DNA from: the human T2T-CHM13v2.0 reference genome, Homo sapiens
Length of the DNA: 64,000 nucleotides
Assembly: GCF_009914755.1 (NCBI RefSeq)
Contig: NC_060943.1
Strand: one strand, 5' to 3'
Below, piece after piece: positions 46,020-64,000 of this stretch (positions are counted from its first letter, which is position 1; every line of letters begins with the position of its first letter). A program made the position numbers and the translations under genes. The notes beneath the pieces were generated by a model. That model had not been told where the DNA came from. It did no database searches and saw nothing but the letters and a program-made list of their open reading frames with translations.

Positions 46020-46760
46020 CTCCCCACAGCCAGCCGGTTCTAATCCCCGGAACTGCAGATAAGGCCACCCTTACATGGAAAAAGGGCCTCTGCAGATGGG
46101 ATTAAGTAAGAATTGTGAGATCAGGAGATCATTCCGGATCATCCAGAGGCCCAACATCTCACAGGGTCCTCACGAGAGGAGGCGGGAGGGTGAAAGTCAG
46201 AGACTGGAAGAGGCTGTGCTGAGGCTATGAAGGGATAGGGTGGGGCCCTGAGCCAAGGGATGCGGGTGCCTCTGGGCAATGGGAAAGATGGGAACCGGAT
46301 TTTCACCTGGAATGCGCAGCAGGAGGGCCCAGCCTTGGCCATGTCCTGCTTTTTTTTTTTTTTTTTTTTTTTTTGAGACAGAGTCTCGCTCTGTCACCCA
46401 GGCTGGTGCGATCTTGGCTCACTGCAACCTCTGCCTCCCAGGTTCAAGTGATTCTCCTGTCTCAGCCTCCTGAGAAGCTGGAACTACAGGCATGAGCCAC
46501 CACGTCCGGCTAATTTTTTGTATTTTCAGTAGAGATGGGGTTTCACCATGTTGGCCAGGCTGGTCTCGAACTCCTGATCTCCAGTGATCTGCCTGCCTCG
46601 GCCTTCCAAAATGCTCAGACTACAAGCGTGAGCCACCACACCCAGCCTCATGCCCTGGTTTTACGCCAGTGAGGCCCATTTTGGACTCTGGCCTCCAGAA
46701 CGGTGCAATAATAAATGTGTGTGGTTCCCAGCCACTGCTGTCACAGCAGCCAGAACTCAT
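46020..46760 (+). mobile_element. MLT1D-like LTR interrupted by an antisense Alu
   Basis: CCTTACATGGAAAAAGGG..GCAGATGGGATTAAG..GAGCCAAGG..CCCATTTTGGACTCTGGCCTCCAGAAC..AATAAATGTGTG. Confidence 0.6.
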
Positions 46761-49714
46761 CAGGGTCATTGCAGTCTTGAAGAGGGAGGTCGCTCGAGGC
46801 CTCCCGGATCTGTGCACCTGCCTTCTGGGGCGTGGAAGGCAGGGGACATTGACCTCTCCTTGGGGTCTGAGATCTGCACCAACCACGGTGCAGGCACCGG
46901 CCTTGAGGACCCCCTCCCCAAAACTGTCCCCCACAGCAGGACCTGGGCAATGGAGGCCTCTCTTCCCTGTACCCCCAGCTGTCCTTAGATATGGATCCTG
47001 GATTAATGGTCCTGGAAGCTCTTAGCTCAAGGAGAAGGCAGAGTGTGGCTGTGAGTGGCCGGGGTCCCTCCCTAGAACAGAGGTGGCCCTACCCTCTTGG
47101 TGCCTGGTGGTGTGGGCAGCTCCTTCCCTCAGCTCCTGGCTAAGCCCCCGGCCCTTCCAATCCGCCTCCTCTATTCTGAGCAGGGCTCTTCCCCTCCCTC
47201 TTGCAAGGTTACCTCAAACACATCCCCCTCCAGTCCCCGCCCAGGGCAAGGGATGCTGACATCTCCCTTGGGAAAGGCCCTCCTAGAGGCTGGCCAAACC
47301 CAGAGGGGGCAGGAGTGAGAAGTGTGGTAGCGGTCCCCTCTGTTTCCAGGCCCACAGTGACCTCCATCTCCCTCCCTCTGCCCCCCACCACAACCAGGGC
47401 GGTGGGAGTAAGGGGAGTGTGCTCTGGATGCCCCGTTTGAGCTTCTAAGATGGATATGGGAGGAGGGGGCCCAGCCCCTCACAGCACGTGGCCCTCCAAG
47501 GTCTGCTTTTGGGGACACGCTGCCAGTCCCCCAGGACCCCTGCATCCTCTGCCCTAGATCCAGGCCCTCCCGGGGCTTCATCCATGACAATTCATTAAGC
47601 CCTAATTAGCTTCCATCTGCTGTTAGTCCCCGTCAACCCCTCGAGGGGCTGGGGGCCTCCCGACCCACTTTCCTTCCCAGCCTGTACACGGGGGGCCGTG
47701 GACTGCCCTCTGCAGGCAGGGCCTCTGGATCTGGAACCAGTTTTGGAGCACCCACTGTCTACACCGGCCACTTCACCCACTAGCCCAGCCCTGACTAGGG
47801 GGAATAATAAAGTTCGTTTTGGAGAGAAGGAGACTGAGGGTCAGAGTGGGCCCCAGCTCACTGCACAACTTAGCTGCAGACAGTCAGCATTTGAACCTGG
47901 ATCTGACGCCAGCTCCTACCCACAAAATCCCAGCTCCCCACTAGAGGGTGAAGGGCGCTCTTTGGAGGCCCGAGATTGACATGTGGTGGTGGGCGGCTTG
48001 ATGGGGCCCACCCGGGGCCAACTTTGCTCGCAGAGTTCTTCAAGAGGCTCTACCTGGTGACGAGGTAGTGACTCAGGGGGCGCCGGGGAATGACAGTGCT
48101 GTGGGAAGAGACATCAAACTGCCTTCTATTCCCACTCAGCAAGGCACCTTCAGGTCCCGGCTTACCCTGGGGGTGGACGGCTGAGGCTGAGGGAGGCCAG
48201 GCAGGGCTGCTGCCGTAACCATCGTGACCTGAGCATCTGTTTTATGGTGGCACCACACTGCAGCCGAGGTGGGCAGCATCTCATTTAATCCCATGTGGGG
48301 TGGATCTGAGAGAGGGGACGTCATTTGCCGGAAGTCACCGGTGAAGACCAGACAGGCAGGGCAGGGAAGGCTGAGTTGAACCCTCCTAAGCCCCCATCCC
48401 ACCGCCCGGCTGCCCCCTTCCTGCCACCCCACATCATCGAGATGGGGACAGGAGCTGGGTCTACAGGGGAAGCCCGTGGGTTCTTCCCACTCAGATCCTG
48501 TCTCCGACGATGGCTGCTGCTTCGGCTCAGAGAACAGCCAGGGTAAGGCCATGCCGCGGCAGCCCACCCCACACCAGCCTCCTGATAAAGCCAGCACCAC
48601 CCTCCCTGAACCTGTTTCCAGCCTGCGTCCTCCACCTGACCACTCACACCTCACACCTTCTGCATCCTCTCCAGGCCACTTCCAGGGAGCCCTCCTGGGT
48701 TGCTCTGGTTCTCACAGCTCTGTTGTCCCTGAAGGCTCCCCCCAGCCAAGCCCCAGATCGTCCCTCTGCAAATACCACTGCACAGCAGACGCCCGCTCCC
48801 CACCCCCGCCGGAGCAAGGGTGTCTGCAGCCTCGCTGCGTCCATGGTTTAGCCAGGGACCGCTTGCTAAAATGCAGCTTCTGGGGCACATCGCCTCAGAA
48901 GTTCTGACTCCTCAGAACTGGGGGGGCCGGGACACCGGCACCGTTAGCGCCCCAAGCACACGTTGAGAAACCCAGTTACATGGTGGTCTCCAGCGTAAGG
49001 ACCCGGGGCTTTTCTTGTGCCCGGACCAAGGCACGAGGTGCTGCTCCCCTAAACTTGTTGAATGGGACTCAGGGCCTCCCCTGGCCAGGCCCCAGAGGCC
49101 CGGGAGGTGGCGGCACCCACTCAGGGTGCCCAGGCCCACCATTTCTGGTGCTATTCAGACGCCCCCAGAGCAGGGGGACTCAGCCCTATGCCCCCAGGTC
49201 CCTCCCCGCCAGGCCGGGCCGTCAGCTCCAGCGATGGAGCAGGCTCCGGTGTGGACCCCAGATACCCTTTGCGTCTTCCAGCTCCGCACCCCCAGGCTGG
49301 ACCAGACCCGGCTCGGGGGAGACAGGGCAGGAAGGCGCGGGCTGCAGGCTCTATTCGGACGTTCCCCACACCCCAGACCCAACCAGTGCCCCCTTCATCT
49401 CCTCCTGGAGAGGAGCGCATCCTCCCAGCGTCCCCAGTGCCCCGGGGAGATGCCCACCCGATTCCCCGCTCCTTGGCGCCCCAGAGGAGGGGCGGGGGGC
49501 CCCAGGGTGGGGAGTTCGCCCCCAAAGTTTCCAGGGGGAGCGTCGGGGGCCTGGCAAGGAGCGATGAGCCCGGGAGGGGTGCGCGGGGCAATTTCCCCCG
49601 GCTGAGGATGGGGTCGCGGGTTGGGGGCTTTGGGCGGCAGGGTCGCAGGGTGCAGGTGAGGGGTCCCCAGGTCTGCGGGCGCGCCCCACGCCGGGCCCCG
49701 GCACGGCCACTCAC

Positions 49715-49781
49715 CTGGGCGGCTCCGCCGCGGACACGGCGCGGGCTGCGGCGCGGGGGCCGCCCGGAGCCGACACGAGCA

Positions 49782-49814
<33 letters not shown>

Positions 49815-49830
49815 TCCCGGGCTCCGCCGT
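49715..49830 (-). other. LINGO3: Probable non-coding exon 1 of LINGO3 (5' boundary uncertain)
   Basis: Strong donor CAG|GTGAGT at 49714 on the - strand within a CpG island; no ATG in the exon. Confidence 0.75.
49782..49814 (-). repeat. Uninterrupted (GGC)11 / (CGG)n trinucleotide repeat at LINGO3 exon 1
   Basis: 11 perfect GCC units on the + strand, counted directly. Confidence 0.97.
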
Positions 49831-50173
49831 GCGCGCCGCCGCCGCGCGCAACCGCCCGCCGGTCTCCTCGGCGCGCCTGGCGGGGGCGCGCGGGGGCTGC
49901 GCTGGGCCGCGTGCGCGGCGGCTGGGGCCGCAGGTGTGAGAGGCCACGTGGGCGCAGGTGCGGGGACACTGGGAGCGCGGGTGCAGAACCCCTCCGTGCG
50001 CATCCCGGGCGCTTCGTGTCCGAGGACCTCCTGTCCCCACGGCCTGGGTGAGCCTGCGGAGACGGCCGTGCCGTGCAATAAACGCAGGGGCACCCCAAGT
50101 GCAGCAGGTTGTTCCGTGTGGAACCTTCTGGAAGCTACCATCGCCTCCTCTGCCCCCCGTCCCCCACCCCTAG

Positions 50174-56617
<6,444 letters not shown>

Positions 56618-56619
56618 TT

Positions 56620-57240
56620 AGTTCTTCCTTTCTGCTGTTTGTCTTATATGTCATTTTCCTGTCTTATTGCACCGTGTGGCACCTCCAGTACAATGTTGAA
56701 AAGAACCAGTGGAACTGGACATCTTTCTTTTGTTTCTGGCCTTAGGGGGAGAGCACCCAGTCCTTCGCCATTGAGGATGACAGCTGTAGGGTTTTTATAG
56801 ACATCTTTTATCTGGTTGAGGATATGCCATTCTATTCCTAGTTGCGTGTTTTTAATCTGCATGAATGCTGAATTTTGTCCAAGTGAGTGCTGAATTTTCT
56901 GCATCTACTGAGATGATCATATGGTTTTCCTCTCTTATGCTAATGTGGTTAATCACATTGATTCTTGGGTATTAAACCAACCTTGCATTCCTGGGATAAA
57001 CCCCACTTGGTGGTCATGATGGAGAATCCCTTTTATAGACAGCTGGATTCAATTTGTTAATATTAAGGATTTGTGCATCGATATTCATGAGGGATATTGG
57101 CCTTTGATTTTCAGTAATGTGTTTTGGTTACGCTGGCCTCATAAAACACATTGGGAAGTGTTCCTTCCTCCTCTAGTTTCTGAAAGAGTTTGGGTAGGAT
57201 TGGTGCTGTTTGTTCCTTAAAAGCTTCAGGATCAATTCTG
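56620..57240 (-). mobile_element. Degenerate L1 ORF2 (reverse transcriptase region) fragment
   Basis: ORF 56644-56904 contains LGIE..LN.IK.VY.NPTA.ILNGE.L.A.PLR..T...CP....LFNIVLEV...AIRQE, the L1 ORF2 RT signature. Confidence 0.85.
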
Positions 57241-58432
57241 TTGTTTTCCAGAGAAGGGGGTCTCTCTATGTTGCCCAGGCTGGCCTTGAACTCTTGGGCT
57301 CAAGCCATCCTCCTGCCTCGGCCTCCCAAAGCACTGGGATTTCAGGCGTGAGCCACCGTGCCTGGCCTGGGAACAATTCTGAAGGTAGAATTGTCAGCAT
57401 TTGCTGATGGCTGGGATGTGGGAGGCAAGAGAAACAGCAGGGAAGGGCACCCGAGGGTGTAAGCCTGAATCATGGAGCTGTTTCCTTGGATGCAGAAAGC
57501 TGGAGCGGCACCTGGTGGAAGGAGCATTGGTTTGGGGTGTGCATTAATTTTGGGGCGCCTCTGGTGCTGGGGCAGAGATGAGGTCAGGGAAATGGAAGTC
57601 AGAAGCATTTTCAACAATGAAAGCGGAACCCACGGGCATCTCTGTCTCTGACTTCGTGCCCATTACCCCCAGCTTCCTGTTCCCTTACTGCTTCTGGTCT
57701 GTGTTCACTGGCCGGCGTGCAGAACTCTGTCTTCTGTCGGGCACTGGAACCCTAGCGGCCTCGGGCCCGTCATTCCTGGGTGAATCCTGACCCCTGCTGG
57801 CTCTGGTCAGCACGGTCGAGGCCAGCGTGGCCACGCAGTGGCGGTGGGGGGCGGGGGTCCACGGAGCTGAGTCCTGAAGGGAGGTAGAGAGTGTGAGACA
57901 CTGGAGGCAGAAGGGCCCGGAGTTCATAGACAGACCTAGGCCTGCCCGGAAAGCCCCTGTCTAATGGGCAAGGCGGAGGAGCCCGGACTTATTCCTGTGG
58001 ACAATGGGGGCTTTGGGGAGGCGCAGAGTGGGAGGGACCTGGTGAGATCCCAGGAGCTTGAGCCCTAGCCGTGGAGCTGGGACCCCCAGGACTGTCCTTT
58101 TTATTTTAAGACAGGGTCTCGCTCTGTCACCCAAGCTGCAGTGAGGTGGCGGAATCATAGATCACTGCAGCCTTGGCCTCCTAGGCTCAAGAGATCCTCC
58201 CACCTCCTCCTCCCTAAGTGCTGGGATTACAAGTGTGAGCCACAGTGCCCGGCCCCAGGGGTGTGCTAACCTCTCTCACCCTGGGCGGTCCCCAGGCTCA
58301 AACCAACAATTCCTGAACCCTAGGAGCTCTCCTCGTGGGCACAGCTTCTTCTGTTTACAAACCTTCTTCCCTTCATATCCATGTCCTTGTCTGGGTCCAG
58401 GCAGGAAATCGACACCCAGAAACAGGCGGTGA

Positions 58433-59006
<574 letters not shown>

Positions 59007-60252
59007 TTAGGCACTGGGACTTCATTTCTATGCCCACAAGATGCGGGTGGCTGGGAGCCCCATTGGCTTGGGGCAGAGGAAAGGCACGGTGGGGTAGATG
59101 GAGCGGCAGGCAGCCTACCTCCTACGCTAGGATTCTGGCTGTGTTACCCTGTGCAAGCTGCTTAACCTCTCTGGGCCTCAGCTGCCTCATCTGTGAACGG
59201 GAATGACAAAAGGACCCGCCTGAGGTCCTCCTTTGGGGGAGGGTTCCGTGAACCAGAGCTACCTTGGAGAAGGCAGTGGGGTCAGTGTCTGGGGCAGACG
59301 CCCCAGACTGACTATCAGCAACATCCAGCTCCCGTCCTCCTTCGGAACCTGCAGTGGGGTGGTACCCTGAGGATCTCTGGCTGGTCTGGGGGCAAGAAGG
59401 GCCCATCTGTCTTATCTACCAGGGCCTCCGCCAATGTCTCCCAGAGTGGGGCCTCCGAGGACAAGACTCGAGGGCTCTCGGCCAGCACTTGACCGCGGGC
59501 ACAGGCAGCAAAGCTGGTTCCCGGGCCAACGGCCACGGCCCCGACATCGTGATCCGAGGGCTGCGCTGACCATGGGCAGGGAGTTGAAAGGGTGAGGTCT
59601 GGGCCAGGGGCAGGGGGCAGCCTGCAGTTGGCACGGCGGGCTGGCTGGCGGGACCTGCTGGGGCTGGGGCTTTATACGGGGCCAGGAGAGTGGAGGCCTG
59701 GGGGATCCAGTGTCTCGGGCCGGGCCGGCCGCCGTGTCCTCATTTCTCTCTCGGTTCCCTCTCTACGTCTCCGCCTCTGTTTCTGCCTCTCCCTATCTCT
59801 CTCCAAATCTCTCTGTGCCTTCTGGCTGTAACCGGGTTTTTCTTCTCTGACTCTTTGTAAAATATTAAATTTTCAATGTAATGTGGAATGTAAAATATTA
59901 AATTTCTCCTTTTAAAATATTAAAAGCAGGCCAGGTGCAGTGGTGCGCACCTGTCATCCCAGCACTTTGGGAAGCCAAGGTGGGAGGATTTCTTGAGCCC
60001 AGGAGGTCAAGGCTGCAGTGAGCTGTGCTCACACCACAGCACTCTGGCCTGGGCCACAGAGTGAGACCTTGTCTCTTAAAAATAAATACATAGATAAAAT
60101 TAAAAGTGGCTTTGTAGTTGGCTGGAGGTCCTGGACTCCTCCAGCGTATCCTCTAGTGATGGGCAGCTGGGTTACTTCCAGTCTTTTCCGAGCAGGTCAG
60201 AGTGGCTCTCTGGGGTGGAAATGGTTGAGAGGAACAGGCTCATTCTGGTCTA

Positions 60253-60525
<273 letters not shown>

Positions 60526-60528
60526 CTA

Positions 60529-60624
<96 letters not shown>

Positions 60625-62242
60625 TCAGACTCCATTGCAAAAAAAAAAAAAAAAAAAAAAAAGCTTCGTGCTCTGAACTCTGTCCCCACATGACTGTGGC
60701 CGAGGGCCCAGCCACAGAGTGGATACTCAACACCTTTTTCAACACTTCAGAGAGAAGGAATTGGATTTCAGAGAGGTTGGGACACCTTCCCTAAGCCACA
60801 CAGCCTGTGGTGGGGGGAGCCTTGGGCTCAGGGCTTTGTGGCTGCAGAGGGCTTTGCAAAGTTCATCAGCTCACTAGGAGGTGACGGAGTGGGCAGAGAG
60901 CAGTCTACAGTGTGGGGGGCTGTTTTGAGGGGTGCAGCGGTGAGGCAGGCCTTGCTTCCTCTGCGGGAGAAACCGTGGGGCTGGAAAACGGGACTTCCTT
61001 CCTCTCCTGCCTCCCTGCCGTTCCTGGAGGTTCTAACGAGGCCAGTTAGCCTCTAAGGCCTTGACACGTTCTCCCACTGGGGGTTGAGGCCTCTGGGCCA
61101 CTGGGACCCTGGGTTTCAGCCTTTGCATCTGGCTCAGACAGGGCAGGCAGGTGTGCCGCGTGGACAGCGTGTTGGTTTCCAGGCCGGTCAGCTCTGGTGT
61201 CAGGGTTGTGTTTCTCCATCACGTGACATCCTGATCCCCCACCTGTCAAATGGACGCAGGGAACTGGTCCCGGACAGCGAGGCTTGTAGGCTTGTGGGTT
61301 GAACGTCAGCAGTCCGGGCACACCTGAACTCTGTCTGTCCTTCGCTGGAGGCTGTGACCCCGCAGCTATCCCAGCAAACCCCCGCCATCCCCGGTGCGAG
61401 GCTGGAGGCTGGGGCTTGGGATGAGGTCTCGGCCGGTGGTGGCAGGGCTGGGCTAGGTGGCCGGGGCCGGGGAGGGATGAACAGCGGATGCAGGGGTTGG
61501 CCACGAGGTCCGATAACTAATTCCCCAGCCACAGGGGCTAGTGCCGCTGGGCCCCAGCAAAGCCAGTGTCTATGGGGCCCAGATACCCCTGCCGAGAAGC
61601 CAGCTGGTTCCACTTATTCGGAGGCAGCCAGGGAGCGTGAGCCCATCCAGACCCGAGGCTGAGCTCCGTCCTGTTCTGCTGCTATAGCTTCCTGGCAACC
61701 TGGACCACACGCTGCCTCGGTTTCCCGAGCTGGGGATGAAGGGGTTAGCGGCCAGGATGACCCTCTCACGCTCAGGTCATAAGGGACAGCCTATCCTCTC
61801 TCAACCCGAGTGATGAATCAGACAGGCCCTGCCCTCCTCTGGGAAGACAGTGCCTGGGGGACAGAGGTGCAACCAGGAAACGGAGTCCAGGAGGATTGCC
61901 CGGCTGTCGGGAAGAGACATTTAGGGGTATGCAGGATGGGCTGGCCCGCTGGAGTGTGGGAAGTCCTAGTGCAGGTGTGGGAGGCCGGTGCCAGGGCCTG
62001 TATCTGCCCAGTCAGGACACGTTTTTAACATTTTTTGTAGGCCAGGTGTGGTGGCTCATGCCTGTAATCCCAGCAATTGGGGAGGGTGAGGAGGGTGATC
62101 ACTCGAGGTCAGGAGTTCAAAACCAGCCTGGCCAACATGGTGAAACCCCATCTCTACTAAAAATACAAAAATTAGGCCGGGCGCGGTGGCTCACGCCTGT
62201 AATCCCAGAACATGGGGAGGTTGAGGTGGGTGGATTACCTTA

Positions 62243-62539
<297 letters not shown>

Positions 62540-62716
62540 CTACTTCACCCTCCCAAAGTGCTGGGATTCCAGGCGAGAGCCACTGCACCCGACCTCAGGA
62601 CATGCTGTGAGCACGGAAGGAACCCAGAAGGGGCTGGCTGTAGGTGACCAGTCCATCTCACAAGCGGGGGCAGCAGCGGGGGCAGGTGTTAGCTGCATGG
62701 GCTGTGGGGTCTGGCC

Positions 62717-62963
62717 TCTTGATGCACCCCGGCTCCTGATGCACCCCAGCCTCCTGATGCACCCCAGGTCCTGATGCACCCCGGCTCCTGATTCACCCCA
62801 GGTCCTGACACACCCATCTCCTGACACACCCAGCCTCCTAATGCACCCCAGCCTCCTAATGCACCCTGGCTCCTGACGCACCCCGGCCTCCTGATGCACC
62901 CCGGCCTCCTGATATACCCCAGCCTCCTGATGCATCCCGGCTCCTGATGCACCCCAGCTCCTG
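62717..62963. repeat. 17/18-bp minisatellite, about 13-14 copies, downstream of LSM7
   Basis: Unit CCTGATGCACCCC(G/A)GC(C)T. Confidence 0.9.
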
Positions 62964-63202
62964 CTGTCTTGGGGGCGGGCCTGGGGTTCCACAAGCCCCT
63001 CATCAGACTGAGGTTCCAAACTCGCCTGTCTCGGCCTTGGCTGTGCCCGCCTTGGTCACTCCTGAACCCTCACCCCCAGGAGGGACCATGGCTGGTATCT
63101 GATGAGCTCCAGGGACTGAGTCCAATCTCCAGGAATCCAGGTTTCCTCAGAAGGTCAAGGGAAAAGCAAGATTCGGGGCTCAGACACATTGAGGTTTGCA
63201 AT

Positions 63203-63208
63203 TTTATT
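63203..63208 (-). terminator. LSM7: LSM7 polyadenylation signal
   Basis: AATAAA on the - strand 140 nt after the stop codon, followed by GU-rich sequence. Confidence 0.85.
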
Positions 63209-63347
63209 AAGAAAACAAAAATTCAACCTATACAAAAAGGAAAATGCTTCCGTTCCAGGAGGCGGTACTGCGGTGGGAGCAGCAGCCAAGTCCGCGGGAA
63301 ACCGAGCTGCTCGGGCCTGCCCTGCACCCCCCGCGCCCCCGGCCAGG

Positions 63348-63490
63348 CTAGGCGTCCTGCTGCTGGATGAAGGGGTTGGGGATGGCCTCCATGCCGTCCT
63401 GCGGGCAGATTAGCACCACGGACGTGCCCCGGCACACCACGAGGCCCAGCTGCCGGGTGTCCTCCGTGAGCTTGTACTGGTCGTCAGGGT
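63348..63490 (-). CDS. LSM7: LSM7 (U6 snRNA-associated Sm-like protein), last coding exon (DPDDQYKLTEDTRQLGLVVCRGTSVVLICPQDGMEAIPNPFIQQQDA*); upstream exons lie beyond the window
   Basis: Pyrimidine tract plus ccccag| acceptor at 63490; Sm2 motif LGLVVCRGTSVVLI; TAG 63350-63348. Confidence 0.95.
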
Positions 63491-64000
63491 CTGGGGAGGA
63501 GCAGATAGAGAGGACTGAGGGAGCTCCAGGAAGCCTCCGAGACCCCCCACCCACCCAAGACCCTCGCTCCGACCTCCCCACCTGCACCCTGCAGGCGCCA
63601 CGAGCACGCAGGGACCTCAGACGGGATGCGCTCTGTGGGGCAGGTCCCCGGCTCCCACGGCTGAGACCCATGGCCCCTAGAGACCAGTGGCAGCTCCACA
63701 GACAGCAGCCACAGCCCTCCCTCACTCCACAAACCATGGGAACAAGAAGGCCCGGGTGATAGCCGGCTACCCCGCGTCTCAGAGCTCACTGGGGCCCAGG
63801 CACCAGGGCCGGGAACCAGGTTATCAGATGGCCGGCCAGAATACAGGCACCCTGGGCCTCCTGGTCTCTGCAAGGTCCCTGGAGCCCTAGGGGGCCAATA
63901 TTCACCCTATAACAAAGAGGCTGGGGGCCGGGCGCGGTGGCTCACGCCTGTAATCCCAGCACTTTGGGAGGCCAAGGCAGGCGGATCACAAGGTCAGGAG

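Larger units (their letters stand above)
49540..50090. promoter_or_regulatory. LINGO3: CpG island promoter of LINGO3
   Basis: Very high CpG density, GC boxes, contains the exon 1 donor. Confidence 0.8.

Noticed and set aside
62717-62963. Repeated TGATGCA as an ATF4/CEBP element array
   Set aside because: The units read TGATGCAC, not TGATGCAA
63410-63430. REST/NRSE-like TTAGCACCACGGACGTGCCC
   Set aside because: Mismatches in both conserved half-sites (CAGCACC and GGACAG), and it is explained by LSM7 codons

Overview
GC-rich, very Alu-dense human DNA. The gene content (OAZ1, PEAK3/C19orf35, LINGO3, 3' end of LSM7) identifies it as chromosome 19p13.3. I rebuilt the exon structures by hand from splice signals. 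OAZ1 (+ strand) has 5 exons and gives 228 aa only through a +1 programmed ribosomal frameshift at TCC-TGA (13084-13089), followed by an RNA pseudoknot. PEAK3 (- strand) is a 473-aa pseudokinase with 3 coding exons. LINGO3 (- strand) has one 592-aa coding exon and a probable non-coding exon 1 about 16 kb away that carries (GGC)11. Only the last coding exon of LSM7 (- strand) is in the window. Almost all other ORFs in the track are Alu-derived or GC-rich shadow frames. The most striking mechanism, antizyme frameshifting, is well known. The best candidates for undescribed structure are: an FMR1-like reading-frame layout around the LINGO3 GGC repeat; a strong-Kozak LINGO3 uORF resembling the LINGO1 N-terminus; a degenerate ~72/146-bp AT-rich tandem array just upstream of the OAZ1 promoter; a 51-bp duplication that copies the OAZ1 exon 3 splice donor; a MIR-derived 43-bp VNTR in PEAK3 intron 1; and an inverted MER20-spacer-MER20 module duplicated 33 kb apart with a secondary templated inversion. 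Repeat family names are from visual recognition, not a database search, and repeat boundaries are approximate.
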